Source: Lama guanicoe (Eukaryota). From it: DNA of 64,000 nucleotides. Where the stretch lies: assembly GCA_013239625.1 (NCBI GenBank), contig MU053881.1, forward strand, positions 2,418,001 to 2,482,000, read 5' to 3'. The translations under genes were made by a program, and so were the position numbers. The notes under the pieces are model-generated. The model saw only the letters and a list, made by a program, of their open reading frames with translations, searched no databases and was not told where the DNA came from. How positions within the stretch are numbered: position 1 is the first letter of the stretch; the number at the start of each line of letters is the position of its first letter. This document shows, piece by piece, positions 62,852-64,000 of this stretch.

Positions 62852-63679
62852 AAAGGAATCTGAGATCAGGCTGAAGGAATGATAAAGCATTACTTTCTAC
62901 AGTTCATAATTCTCTTCAGCAAAGGCTACCTGTGCAGCCCCAGCCCCATCCCTCCTCTCCCCTTTCTGTTCGGCGCCAGGAGGGAGCCTCAGGTGCCCGC
63001 AGCAGCAGGCAGGGATCAGGCAGGGGCACCCCCAGGGCCAGGCTGTGCCAATAGATTACTTCTCCGAGTAATTAAGATGGAATTAAAAATTAATTCTTTC
63101 CTTCAGCCTGATTGTATTTCAAGGGATAAACTGAGTGTTATGGCTTTTGTGCTTTTTTTCCTTAAATTAAATTGGATCTTGTTTTCAGAGGTGGGGGAAG
63201 TGAGATGCTGTGATTAATCCGGGAGTTGAGAAATCCCCGGAGAAGGAAGCGGGTGATTCTGCCTCGGGAGCGGATGAACTTGAAGGTCCAGTTGCTCCGG
63301 GCTGCACGGTGGACTTGGCTCCCTGGGGAGCAACTTGGGTCCATGCTGGAGACCCAGCAATTCTGATCCGCTCTTGTCACTGCAATGTGGGAAGTCAAGC
63401 CACCTTGCCTTCGCCCTAGCGGGGAACGAGCTGGATCAGACAGAGTGAGACCTGGGCTCCCAGCTGGCTCTGCCACTTACTGGTGGCAGTTCATCTTGGG
63501 CAAACTCCTCTCTCCGAGCTCCAGCTTCCTCACCTGTGAAATGAATGTAAACCACCTATCTCCCAGGGTGCTGGGAGCATTACGTGGTAAGTAGGTGAGC
63601 CCAGAAACGTGTGGGTCTGTGCATCCATCATTCCTCCGCATCCTCTGGACTGCAGGAGAAGGAGCTTCCTTCCTTTCTT

Positions 63680-64000
63680 TCAAATTTTATACATTCATTC
63701 ACCAGAGTAATACATTCCCATGATTCAAAAATCAAAAGGTATAATTAAAGTGAGACTCCCCCCACCCCTGTTCCCAGAGCACCAGCTCCCCTCTGTGAAG
63801 GCAGCCAGTGTCATCCATGTCTTCTTTATTTTTCTAGAGATATTTTATACAGTCGTGAGAAAATATGGTCACATCACCCCTCCCCTTTTTGTTACACCAT
63901 GGCAGTGTACTAGATACATCTTTTGTCCCCTTGTTTCGATTTATTCCTCCCCCAATACTTAGCAATATATTTTGGAGCATATTCCATATTGATGCATAAC
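63680..64000 (-). mobile_element. L1ME-like fragment
   Basis: AAAATCAAAAGGTATA...TTTCTAGAGATATTTTAT...CTTAGCAATATATTTTGGAG...TTCCATAT. Confidence 0.6.

Overview
Mammalian genomic DNA, most likely camelid (five copies of a short tRNA-derived SINE resembling the camelid vic-1 family). The only protein-coding sequence I can support is the 70-bp first coding exon of UNC5A (netrin receptor) on the minus strand, 29208->29139 (MAVRPGLWPALLGIVLAAWLHSSG, then a GTGAGT donor), inside a CpG-island promoter. Bases 1-29138 are intron 1 (I did not find exon 2 in the window). Bases ~30200-64000 are upstream intergenic DNA rich in old repeats (MIR, L2, L1M, MLT1, hAT elements). The other ORF-track entries look like chance ORFs in GC-rich DNA. 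I found no new coding system. The best non-coding signals are: a tandem cluster of RE1/NRSE (REST) motifs in intron 1 plus a strong upstream RE1; a strong-Kozak uORF in the UNC5A leader; a second, intronic CpG island; an intact MER41-like solo LTR with a GAS/STAT motif; a CTCF motif at an LTR junction; and an exact 42-bp inverted copy of nearby sequence inserted into a (TA)n tract of a nested L1 fragment. Repeat family names are from memory of consensus sequences, and most repeat boundaries are approximate.
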